Origin: the human T2T-CHM13v2.0 reference genome, Homo sapiens
NCBI RefSeq assembly: GCF_009914755.1
Contig: NC_060944.1
Direction: 5' to 3' (one strand)
DNA length: 64,000 bases
Below, piece after piece: positions 1 to 12,900 of the stretch. The notes under the pieces are model-generated. The model was not told the origin of the DNA, searched no databases, and saw nothing but the letters and a program-made list of their open reading frames with translations. A program made the translations under genes and the position numbers. Within the stretch, counting starts at the first letter, position 1; every line of letters starts with the position of its first letter.

Positions 1-3000
1 TAAAACCATTCTGAGGAACTTCTTTGTGATGTGTGCATTCATCTCCCAGATTTGACACTTCCTTTTAATGGACCAGTTTTGAAATAGTCTTTTTGTGGAA
101 TCTGCAAGTGGATATTTTGAGCTCCTTGAGGCCTGTGGTGGAAAATGAAATATCTTCACATACAAACTAGACAGAAGAATTCTGAGAAACTTCTTTGGGA
201 TGTGTGCATTCACCTCACAGAATTGAACCTTTCTTTTGATTGAGCAGTTTGGAAACACTGTTTTTGAAGAATCTTCAAGTGGACATTTGGAGCACTTTGA
301 GGCCTATGGTAGAAAAGGAAATATCTTCACATAAAATGTAGACAGAAGGAATCTGAGAAACTTCTTTGGATGTGTGCATTCATCTCACAGAGTTAAAACT
401 CTCTTTTGATTGGGCAGTTTTGAAACTCTCTTTTTGTATAATCTAGAATTGGACATTTGGAGTGCTTTCTGTCCTGTGATGGAAAAGGAAATATTTTCAC
501 ATAAAAACTAGACAGAAGAATTCTGTGACACTTCTTTTTGATATGTGCTTTCATCTCACAGAGCTGAACATTTTTTGTGATTGAACATTTTGGAAACACT
601 TTCTATAGAATCTGTAACTGGGGATTTGGAGTGCTTTGCGGCCTATGGTAGAAAAGGAAATGTCTTCACATAAAATCTGGATAGAGGCAATCTGAGAAAA
701 TACTTTGTGGTGTGTGCATTCATATCACAGAGATAAACTTTCTTTTGGTTGAGCAGTTTTGAAACTCTCTTTTTGTAGATCTGCAATTGGACATTTGTAG
801 CACTCTTAGGTCTGTGGTGGAAAAGAAAATATCTTCACATAAAAACTAGACAAAATTATTCTGAGAAACTTCTTTGTGATGTGTGCGTTCATCTCACATA
901 CCTGAACCTTTCTTTTGATCGAGCAGTTTGGAAGCACACTTTTTGTAGAATCTGCAGGTGGGCATCTGGAGCGCTTTGAGGTCTATGGTAGAAAGGGAAA
1001 TATCTTCACGTAAAATCTAGACAGAAGCAATCTGAGAAACTTCTTTGTGATGTGTGCATTCATCTCACAAACTTAAACGTTTGTTTTGACTCAGAAGTTT
1101 TGAAACTCTCTTTTTGTAGAATCTGCAATTGGACATTTGGAGCCCTTTGAGGCCTATGGTCTAAAAAGAAATGTCTTCACATAAAAACTAGATAGAAGAA
1201 TTCAGAGAAACTTCTTCATGATGTGTGCACTCATCTCACAGAGTTGAACCTTTCTTTTGATTAAGCAGTTTGGAAACACCCTTTTTGTAGACTCTGCATG
1301 TGGACATTGCAGTGCTTTGCGGCCTCTGGTAGAAACGGAAATATCTTCACATAAAATCTAGAAAGAAGCAATCTGATAAAATTCATTGTGATGTCTGCAT
1401 TCATCTGAGAGTTAACCCTTTCTTTTGATTGAGCAGTTTTGAAACTTTCTTTTGTAGAATCTGCAAGTGGACATTTGGAGGGATTTGAGGGCAATGGTGG
1501 AAAAGGAAATGTGTTCACATAAAAACTAGATAGAAGCATTCTGAGAAACTTATTTGTTATGAGTGCATTTATCTCCCAGAGTTGAACCTTTCTTTGGATG
1601 GACCAATTTTGAAATATAATTTTTGTGTAATCTGCAAGTGGACATTTCGAGCACCTTGAAACTTATACTGGAAAATGAAATATCTTCACATAAATGCTAG
1701 ACAGAAGAATTCTGAGAAACTTTTTTGTGATGTGTGCATTCATCTCACCGAGTTAAACCTTTCTTTTGATTGAGCAGTTTGGAAACACTCTTTTTGAAGA
1801 ATCTCCAAGTGGACATTTGGAGCGCTATGCAGTCAGTGGTAGGAAAGGAAATATCTTTACATAAAATCTAGATGGATGCAATCTGAGAAAGTTCTTTGTG
1901 ATGTGTGCATTTATTTCACAGAGTTAAACCTTTCTTTTGTTTGAGCAGTTTTGAACCTCTCTTTTTGTAGAATTTGCACGTGGACATTTGGAGCTATTTG
2001 TGGCCTATGGTAGAAAAGCAAATATCTTTATATAAAAACTAGATAGAAGATTTCTGAGAAACTTCTTTGTGATGTGTTCATTCATCTCACAGAGTTTAAA
2101 CTTTCTTTTGGTTGAGCAGTTTGGAAACACTCATTTTGTACAATCTGCAAGTGGACATTTGGACCGCTTTGCAGTGTATGGTTGAAAAGGAAATATGTTG
2201 ACATAAAATCTAGACAGAAGCAATCTGGAAAACTTCTTTGTAATGTATACATTCATTTCACAGACTGAAATGCTTCTTTTGATAGAGCAGTTTTGAAACT
2301 CTCTTTTTGTAGAATCTGCACATGTACATTTGGAGCACTTTGAGGCCTATGGTGGAAAAAGTAATATCTTCACATAAAAACTAGACGGAAGAATTCTGAG
2401 AAACTTCTTTGTGGTGTGTGCATTCATCTCACAGTTTTGAATCAGTCTTTTTGTAGAATCTGCAATTGGACATTTGGAGCGCTTTGTGGTATATGGTATA
2501 AAAGGAAATATCTTCACATAAAATCTAGACAGAAGTAATCTGAGAAACTTCTTTATGTTGTGTACATTCATCTCACTGTCTTTAACCTTTCTTCTGATTG
2601 AGCAGTTTTTAAACTCTCTTTTTGTGGAATCTGCAAGTCAATATTTGGAGCTCTTTGATGCCTATGGTGGAAAAGGAAATATCTTCACATAAAAACTATA
2701 CAGAAGAATTCTGAGAAACTTTTTTGTGATGTGTGCGTTCATCTCACAGAGTTGAACCTTTCGTTTGATTGAGCAATTTGTAAACACACTTTTGGTAGAA
2801 TCTGCAAGTGGACATTTGGAGCGCTTTGTGTATATGGTATAAAAGGAAATATCTTCACATAAAATCTAGACAGAAGTAATCTGAGAAACTTCTTTGTGTT
2901 GTGTACATTCATCTCACTGTCTTTAACCTTTCTTCTGATTGAGCAGTTTTTAAACTCTCTTTTTGTGGAATCTGCAAGTCAACATTTGGAGCTCTTTGAT

Positions 3001-6000
3001 GCTTATGGTGGAAAAGGAAATATCTTCACATAAAAACTATACAGAAGAATTCTGAGAAACTTTTTTGTGATGTGTGCGTTCATCTCACAGAGTTGAACCT
3101 TTCGTTTGATTGAGCAATTTGTAAACACACTTTTGGTAGAATCTGCAAGTGGACTTTTGGAGCACTTTGCAGCCTATGGTAGAAAAGGATATGTATTCAC
3201 ATAAAAACTAGACAGAAGAATTCCGACAAACTTCTTTGTGATGTGTGCATTCGTTTCACAGAGTTGAACCTTTCTTTTGATTGAGCAGTTTGGAAACACA
3301 CTTAATGTAGAATCTTCAAGTGCACATTTGGAGCGCTTTGTGGCCTATGGTACAAAAGGAAGTATTTTCACATGAAACCTAGACAGAAGCAGCCTCAGAA
3401 ACTTCTTTGTGATGTGTGCATTCATCTCACAGAGTTAAAACTTCCTTTTCATTGGGCAGTTTAGAAACTCCCTTTTGTAGAATCTGCAAGTGTACATTTG
3501 TAGCGCTTTGAAGCCTGTGATGGAAAAGGAAATAATTTCCCACAAAAACTAGATGGAAGAATTCCGAGAACTTCTTTGTAGTGTGTGCATTCATCTCACA
3601 GATTTGAACATTTTTTTGATTGATAAGTTTGGAATCACTCTTTTTGTAAAATATGCAAGTGGACATTTGGAGCGCTTTGTGGCCTGTGGTAGAAAAGGTA
3701 ACATCTTCACATGAAATATAGACAGAAGCAATATGAGAAACTATTTTGTGATGTGTGAATTCATCTCACAGAGTTAAACCTTTCTTCTGATTGAGCAGTT
3801 TTGTATCTCTCTTTTGCTGGAATCTGCAAGTGGACATTTGGCACGCTTTGTTGCGTATGGTGGAAAAGGAAATATCTTCGCAAAAAAATTAGACAGAAGA
3901 ATTGTGAGAAACTTCTTTGTGATAGGTGCGTTCATCTCACAGAGTTGAACCTTTTTTTTTGATTGAGCAGTTTGAAAACACTCTTTTTGTAGAATCTGCT
4001 AGTGGACATTTGGAGCGCTTTGCTGCCTATGGTAGAAAAGGAAATATCTTCTCATAAAATCTAGACAGAAGCAATCTGAGAAACTTCTTTGTGATGTGTG
4101 CATTCACCTCACAAAATTAAACCTTCCTTTTGGTTGAGCAATTTTGAAACTCTATTAATGTAGAATCTGCAATTAGACATTTGCAGCATTTTGAGGCCTA
4201 TGGTGGAACAGGAAATATCTTCACATAAAAACAAGACAGAAGAATTCTGAAAAATTTCTTTGTGATGTGTGCTTCACCTCACTGATTTGAAACTTTCTTT
4301 TGATTGAGCAGTTTGGAAACACTTTTTTTAGAATCTGCAGGAGAAATTTGGACAGTTTGTGGCCTGTAGTAGAAAAGAAAATATCTTCTCATAAAATCTA
4401 GACAGAAGCAATCTGAGAAACTTCTTTGTGTTGTGTGCCTTCATCTCACACAGTTTAACCTTTCTTTTGATTGAGCAGTTTTTAAACTCTCTTTTTGTAG
4501 AATTTGCAAGTGGACATTTGGAGCTATTTGTGGCCTATGGTAGAAAAGCAAATATCTTTATATAAAAACTAGATAGAAGATTTCTGAGAAACTTCTTTGT
4601 GATGTGTTCATTCATCTCACAGAGTTTAAACTTTCTTTTGGTTGAGCAGTTTGGAAACACTCATTTTGTACAATCTGCAAGTGGACATTTGTAGCACTTT
4701 GAGGCCTATGGTGGAAAAGGAACATAAAAACTAAACAGAAGAATTCTGAGAAACTTTTTTGTGATGTGTGCATTCATCTCACAGAGTTGAACGTTTCTTT
4801 TGATAAAGCTGTTTGGAAAAACTCTTTTTGTTGAATCTGCAAGTGGATATTTGGAGCACTTTGCAGCCTCTAATAGAAAAGAAAATATCTTCAGATAAAA
4901 TCTAGACAGAAGCAATCTGAGAAACTTCTTTGTGATGTGTGTATTCATCTCCCAGAGTTAAACCTTTCTTTTTATTGAGCAGTTTTGAAACTCTGTTTTT
5001 GTAAAATCTGCAAGTGGGCATTTGGATCGCTTTGAGGCCTATGCTGGAAAAGGTAATATCTTCAAATAAAAACTAGACAGGAGAATTCTGACAGACTTCT
5101 TTGTGATGTGTGTGTTCATCTCACAGAGTTGAACCTTTCTTTAGATTGAGCAGTTTGAAAACCCTCTTTTTGTAGAATATGCAAGTGGACATTTGGAGTG
5201 CTTTGCGGCCTATCACAGGAAAGGAAATATCTTCACATAAAATCTAGACACAAGGAATCTGATAAACTGCATTGTGATGTATGCATTCATCTCACAGATT
5301 TAAAGCTTTCTTTTTTATAGAACTGTTTTCAAACTCTTTTTTTGTAGAATCTGCAATTGGAGTGCTTTGCAGCCTATGGTAGAAAAGGAAATATCTTCAC
5401 ATAAAATCAAGAAAGAAGCAATGTGAGAAACTTCTTTGTGATGTGTACATTAGTCTTACAGAATTAAACCTTTCTGTTGATTGAGCAGTTTTGAAACTTT
5501 CTATTTGTAGAATTTGCAAAGGGACATTTGAAGACCTTTGATTCCTATGGAAGAAAAGGAAGTATCTTCACATAAAAACTAGACAGAAGAATTCTGAGAA
5601 ACTTCTTTATGATGTGTGCGTTCATCTCACAGAGTTGAACATCTCATTTGATTCAGCATTTTGGAAACATTCTTTTCGTGGAGTCTTCAAGTGGACATTT
5701 GTAGTGCTTTGAGTCCTATGGTGTAAAAGTAAATATCTTCACATATAAACTAGACAGAAGAATTCTGAGACACTTCTTTGTGATGTGTGCATTCATTCCA
5801 GAGAGTTGAAACTTTAGTTTGATTGAGCAGTTTGGAAACTCTCTTTTTGTAGATTCTACAATTGGACATTTGGAGTGTTTTGAGGCCTATGGTGGAAAAG
5901 GAAATATCTTCAGTTTAAAACTACACAGAAGAATTATGACAAACTTCTCTGTGATGTGTGTGTTCACCTCACGGAGTTGTATTTCTCTTTTGATTGAGCA

Positions 6001-6920
6001 GTTTGGAAACACCCTTTTTGTAGAATCTGCACGTGCACATTTGGAGCACTTTATGGCCATTGGTAGAATAGGAAATATCTTCACATAAAATCCAGACAGA
6101 AGGAATCTGAAAAACTTCTTTATGATGTGTGCATTCATCTCACAGAGTTAAACCTTTCTTTTGATTGAGCAGTTTTGTAACTCTTTTTGCAGAATCTGCA
6201 ACTGGACATTTGGAGCGCTTTGAAGACTATGGCGGAAAAGGGAATATCTTCACATAGAAACTAGACAGAATTCTGAGAAACTTCTTTGAGATGTGTGCGT
6301 TCATCTTACAGTGTAGAACCTTTATTTTGATTGAGCAGTTTGGAAACATTATTTTTGTAGAATATGCAAGTGGACATTTGGAGTGCTTTGCGGCCTATGG
6401 TAGAAAAGGAAATGTCTTCACATAAAATCTAGACAGAAGCAATCTGAGAAACTTCTTTGTGATGTGTGCATTCATCTCACAGAGTTTAAACATTCTTTTG
6501 TTTAAGCAGTTTTGAAACTCTCTTTTTGTAGAATTTGCAAGTGGACATTTGGAGTGCTTTCAGGCCTATGGTGGAAAAGGAAATATCTTCACATAAAAAC
6601 TAGACAGAAAACTCTGAGAAACACTTTGTGATGCGTTCGTTCATCTCACGGAGTTGAACTTTTCTTTTGATTCAGCAGTTTGGAAACATTCTTTGTGTAG
6701 AATCTGCAAGTGGATATTTGGAGTGCTTTGTGGCCTATTTTAGAAGAGGAAATATCTTCATATAAAATCTAGGCAGAAGCAATCTGAGAAAATTCTTTGT
6801 GATGTGTGCATTCATGTCACAGAGTTAAACATTTCTTTTGATAGAGCAGTTTTGAAACACTCTTTGTAGAATCTGCAAGTGGGTATTTGGAGCACTTTGA
6901 GGCCTATTGTGGAAACGGAA
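1..6920 (+). repeat. Alpha satellite, divergent dimeric layer (alternating monomer types)
   Basis: ~171 bp periodicity with GTGGACATTTGG. Monomers mostly alternate between AAAAACTAGACAGAAGAATTC (EcoRI, e.g. ~501, 1181, 2690) and AAAATCTAGACAGAAGCAATC (XbaI, e.g. ~1011, 1351, 4053). Right boundary approximate. Confidence 0.93.
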
Positions 6921-9900
6921 ATATCTTCATATAAAAACTACACAGAAGCATTCTGAGAAACTTCGTTGTGATGAGTACATTCAACTCACAGTGTTGAACG
7001 TATCTTTTGATTGAGAAGTTTTTAATCTCTCTTTCTGTAGAATCTGCAAGTGGATATTTGGAGCCCTTTGTGCCCTAAGGTGGAAAAGGAAATATCTTCA
7101 AATACAAACTACACAGAAGGATTCAGAGAAACTTCTTTGTGATGAGTGCATTCATCACACAGATTTGAACTTTTCTTTTGATTGAGCAGTTTTGAAACAC
7201 TCTTTTTGTAGAATCTGGAAGTGGATATTTGGAGGGCTTTGAGGCCTCTTTTGGAAAAGGAAATATCTTCACATAAAAACTACACAGAAGCATTCTCAGC
7301 AACTTCTTTGTGAGGCGTTCATGCAACTCACGGACTCAAACCTATGTTTTGATTGATCAGTTTTGAATCTCTCCTTTTGAAGTATGTGCAAGTGGCTATT
7401 GGGAGACCCTTGAGGCCAATTGCGGAAAAGGAAACATCTTCACATAAAAACTACACAGAAGCATTGTGAGAAACTTCTTTGTGATATGTGCATTCAACTC
7501 ACGGAATCGAACCTATATTTGATGGTGCAGTTCTGAATCTCTCTTTCTGCAGAATCTGCAAGTGGATATTTAGAGAGCTTTGAGGCCTATTGTGGAAAAG
7601 GAAATATTTTCACATAACAATTACACAGAAGCATTCTGAGAAACTTTTTTTGATGTGTGCATTCAACTCAGAGTTCAACGTATCTTTTGATTGAACAGTT
7701 TTGAGTCACTCTTTTTGTAGAATCTGCAAGTTTATATTTGGTGCGCTTTTAGGTCTATTGTGGAAAAGGAAATATCTTCATATAAAAACTACACAGAAGC
7801 ATTCTGAGAAACTTCTTCATTATGAGTGCATTCATCACACAGAGTTGAACATTTCCTTTTGATTGAACAGTTTTGTAACACTCTTTATGTAGAAACTGCA
7901 AGTTGATATTTGGGGGGCTTTGAGGACTATTTTGTAAAAGGAAATATCTTCACATCAAAACTACACAGATGCATTCTGAGAAACTTCTTTGTGATGTGTA
8001 CATTCAACTCACAGTGTTGAAACTATCTTTTGATAGAGCAGTTTTGAAAAACTCTTTTTGCAGAATCTGCAAGTGGATATTTGGACAGCTTTGAGGCCTA
8101 TTGCAGAAAAGGAAATATCTTCACGTAAAAACTACACGTAGGCATTCTGAGAAACTTCTTTATGATGTGTACATTCATCACACAGATTTTAACATTTTTT
8201 TGATTGAGCAGATTTGAAACGCTCTTTTTGTAGAATCTGCAGGTGGATATTTGGAGGGCTTTGAGGCCTATTGTGGAAAAGGAAATATCTTCACATAAAG
8301 ACTACACAGAAGCATTCTGAGAAACATCTTTGTGATATGTGCATTCAACTCACAGAGTTGAACCAATCTCTTGATGGATCAGGTTTGAATCTTTTCGTAG
8401 AATCTTCAACCGGATATTGAGAGACCTTATCGGCCTATGGTAGAAAATGAAATGTATTTAAATAAACTCTACACGGAGGAATTGTGAGAAATTTCTTTGA
8501 GATGTGTGAACTCATCTCAGAGTTGAAATTTTCTTTTGATTGAGCAGTTTTGAAATGCTGTTTTCGTAGAATCTGCAAGTAGATATTTGGAGCGCTTTGT
8601 GGCCTATTGTGGAAAACAAAATATCTTCACACAAAAACTACACAGAAGCATTCTGAGAAACTACTTTGTGATGTGTGCATTCATCTCACAGTGTTGAAAT
8701 TTTCTTTTGATTGGGCAGTTTTGAAACGCTGTTTTCATAGAATCTGCAAGTGGATATTCGGAGTGCTTTGAGGCCTACTGTGGAAAAACAAATATCTTCA
8801 CATAAGAACTACACTGAGGCATTCTGAGAAACGTCTTCGTGATGTGTGCATTCAACTCACATAGTTGAACCTATCTTTTCATTGAGCAGTATTGAATCTC
8901 TCTTCATAGAATCTGCAACTGAATATTTGGTGCCCTTTGTGGCCTATGAATAAAAAGGAAATATCTTCAAAGAAAAGGTACACAGAAGCATTCAGAGAAA
9001 CTTCTTCCTGATCTGTGCATTCATCTCACAGAGTTGAACCTATGTTTTGATTGAGCAGTTTTGAAACTCTCTCTTTGTAGAATCTGTAAGTGGATACTTG
9101 GAGCATTATGAGGTTTACTGTGGAAAAGGAAATATCTTCACATAAAAACTACACAGAAGCTTTCTGGGAAACTTCCCTGTGATATGTCCATTCCTCTCAC
9201 AGAGTTGAACATTTCTTTTGATTGAGCAGTTTTGAAACAGTGTTTTTGTAGTGTCTGCAAGTGGATATTTGGAGCAATTGAGGCCTACTCTGAAAAAGAA
9301 AATATCTTCACATAAAAACTACACAGAGGCATTCTGAGAAACTTCTTTGAGATGTGTGCATTCATCTCACAGAGTTGAACATTTCTTTTGATTGAGCAGT
9401 TTTGAAACAGTCTTTTTATAGAGTCTGCAAATGGATATTTGGAGTGCTTTGAGGCCTATTGTGGAAAAGGAAATATCTTCACATAAAAACTGCACAGAGG
9501 CATTCTGAGAAACTACTTTGTGATCTGCATTCAACTCACACAGTTGAACCTATCTTTTGATTGAGCAGTTTTGAATCTCTCTTTTTTTAGTATCTGAAAG
9601 TGGATATTTGGAGCCCTTGCGGCCCATGGGGTAAAAGGAAATATCTTCAAATATAAACTACACAGAAGAATTATGGGAAACTTCAAAGATGTGTACATTC
9701 ATCTCACGGTGTTGAACATATCTTATGAATGAGCAGTTTTGTTACACTCTCTTTCTAGAATCTACAAGTGGATTCTTGGAGAGCTTTGATGCCTTTTGTC
9801 GAAAAGGAAATATCTTCACATAAAAACTACACAGAAACACTCTGAGAAACTTCTTTATAATATGTGAATTCATCTCACAGAGTCGAAACTTTCTTTTGAC

Positions 9901-12900
9901 TGAGTAATTTTGAAACACTGTTTTTGTAGAATCAGCAAGTGGATATTTGGAGCACTTTCAGATCTACTGTGGAAAAGAAAATGTCTTCACAAAAAAACTA
10001 CACAGAGCCATTGTGAGAAACTAATATGTGATGAGTGTATTCATCACACAGAGTTGATCCTATCTTATGATTGGGCATTTATTGAAACACCGTTTTTGTA
10101 GTTTTTGTAGAATCTGCTAGTGGATATTTGGAGCGCTTTGTGGCTTATTGTGGAAAAGGATATAACTTCACATAAAAACTACACAGAAGCATTCTTTGAA
10201 ACTTCTCTGTAATGCATGCCTTCAACACACAGAGTTGAACATATGTTTTGATTGTGCAGTTTTGAATCTCTGTTTTTGTAGAATCTGCAAGTCAGTATTT
10301 TGAACCCTTTGCAGCCTATCGTGGAAAACGAAATATCTTCATATAAAAACTACACCAAAGAATTCTGAGAAACTTCTTTCTGATGTGTGCATTGAATTCA
10401 AAGAGTTGAAGCTATCTTTTGATTTAGCAGTTTTGAATCACTCTTTTTGCAGAATCTGCCAGTGGAAATTTGGAGCCTTTTGCGGGCTATGGAGGAAAAG
10501 GAAATATCTTAAAATAAAACAGAGGCATTCTGAGAAACTTCTTTGTGAGGTGTTCCTTCATCTCACAAAGTTTAAACTTTCTTTTGATTGGGCAGTTTTG
10601 AAACACTCTTTCTGTACAATCTGCAATTGGATATTTGGAGCACTTTGATGCATATTGTGGAAAAAGAAATATCTTCACATAAAAAGTACAAAAAAGATTT
10701 CTGAGAATCTTCTTTCTGATGTGTGCATACGATTCACAGGGTTGAACTTATCTTATTATTGATCAGTTTTGAATCTCTCTTTTTATAGAATCTGCAAGCG
10801 GATATTTGGAGCCCTTTGCAGCCTAAGGTGGAAAAGGAAATATCTTCAATGAAAACTACACAGAAGCATTATGAGAAACTTCTTTGTGATGTGTGCTTTC
10901 ATCTCACAATGTTGAAACTATCTTATGATTGAGCAGTTTTGAAACACTCTTTTTGTAGAAAGTGCAAGTGTGTATTTGGAGCCCATGTGGCCTATTGTGA
11001 AAAAGAAAATACCTCCATATAAAAACTACACAGAAGCATTCTGAGAAACTACTTTGTGATATGTGCATTAATCTCACAGAGGTGAACCTATCTTTTCATT
11101 GAGCAGTTTTGATTCCCTCTTTTTGCAGGATCTGCAAGTGGACATTTGGAACCCTTTGCAGCCTATGGAGGAAAAGGAAATATCTTCAAATTAAAACTAC
11201 CCAGAAGCATTCTGAGGAACTCCTTTGCTATGTGTCCATTCAACTCACATAGTTGAACCTATTTTATGATTCAGCAGTTTTGAAACACTGTTTTTGTAGT
11301 ATCTTCAAGTGGATATTTGGAGCGCTTTGAGGCCTACTGTGGAAAAGCAAATATCTTCACATAAAAACTTCACAGAAGCATTCTGAGAAAAATCTTTGTG
11401 CTGTCTGCATTCATCTCACACAGTTGAACCTGTCTTATGATTGAGCAGTATTGAAACAATCTTTTTGTAGAATCTGCAAGTGGATATTTGGGGGCTTTTG
11501 AGGCCTATTGTGGAAAAGGAAATATCTTCACATAAAAACTACACAAAAGCATTCTGAGAAACTTCTTTGTGATGTGTGCATTCATCTCACAGGGTTGAAC
11601 CTATTTTATGATTGAGCAGTTTTGAAACACTTTTTTGTAGAAACAGCAGGTGGATATTTGGAGCTCATTGACGTCCACTCTTTAAAAGAAAATATCTTCA
11701 CTTAAAGACCACACAGAAGCATTCTGAGAAACTTCTTTTTGATGTGTGCATTCATCTCACAGATGTGAATCAATCTTTTGATGAGCAGTTTTGAAACACT
11801 CTTTTTGTAGAATCTGCATTTAGATATTTGGAGAACTTTGATGCATATTGTGGAAAAGCAAATATATTCAAATAAAAACTACACAGTAGCATTGTGATAA
11901 ACTTCTTTGTGAACTGTGAATTCCACTCACAGAGTTTAACATATGTTTTGTTTGAGCAGTTTTGAATCTCTCTTTTTGTAGAATCTGAAAGTGGATATTT
12001 GGAGCACTTTGAGGCCTATTGTGGAAAAGGGAATTTCTTCGCATAAAAATTTCACAGAAGCATTCTGAGAGACTACTTTGTGATGAGTGCATTCGTCACA
12101 CAGGATGAAACTGTCTTTTGATTGAGCAGTTTTGAAACACACTTTTTGTAGAATCTGCAAGTGGATATTTGGAGGGCTTTGAGGCCTGTTTTGAAAAAGG
12201 AAATATCTTCACGTAAAAACTACACAGAAGCATTCTGAGAAAATTCTTTGTGATGTGTACATTCAACTCACAGAGTTGAACCTATTTTTTGATTGAGCAG
12301 TTTTGAATCTCTCTTTTTGTAGATTCTGCAATTGGATATTTGGATTCCTTTGCGGCCTATGGTGGAAATGGAAATATCTTCAAAAAAAACTACACAGAAG
12401 CAGTCTGAGAAACTTCTTTGTGATGTGTGCATTCATCTCACAGAGTTGAATCTCTCTTTGGATTGAGCAGTTTTGAAGCTCTCTTTTTTTAGAATCTGCA
12501 AGTGGTTATTTGGAGCACTTTGAGGCTTGTGGTCTAAAAGAAAATATCTTCACATAAAAACTACACAGAGCATTCTGAGAAGCGTCTTTGTGTTGTGTGC
12601 TTTCATTTTACTGAGTTGAAACTTTCTTTTGATTGAGCAGTTATGAAATACAGTTTTTGCAGAATCTGCAAGTGGATATTAAGCCTACTCAGGAAAAGCA
12701 AATATCTTCACATAAAAACTACACAGAAGCATTCTGAGAAACTTCTTTTTGATATGTGCATTCATCTCAAGGAGTTGAACTTTCTTTTGATTGAGCAGTT
12801 TTGTAACACTCTTTGTAGAATCTGCAAGAGGATATTTGGAGAGCATTGAGGCCTACAGTGGAATAGGAAATATCTTCACATAAAAACTACACATAAGAAT

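Noticed and set aside
8520-10110. Adjacent similar monomer pairs (~8520/8690, ~9200/9370) and a 9-nt duplication at 10092-10109
   Set aside because: These are old single-monomer duplications and slippage, routine for divergent satellite.
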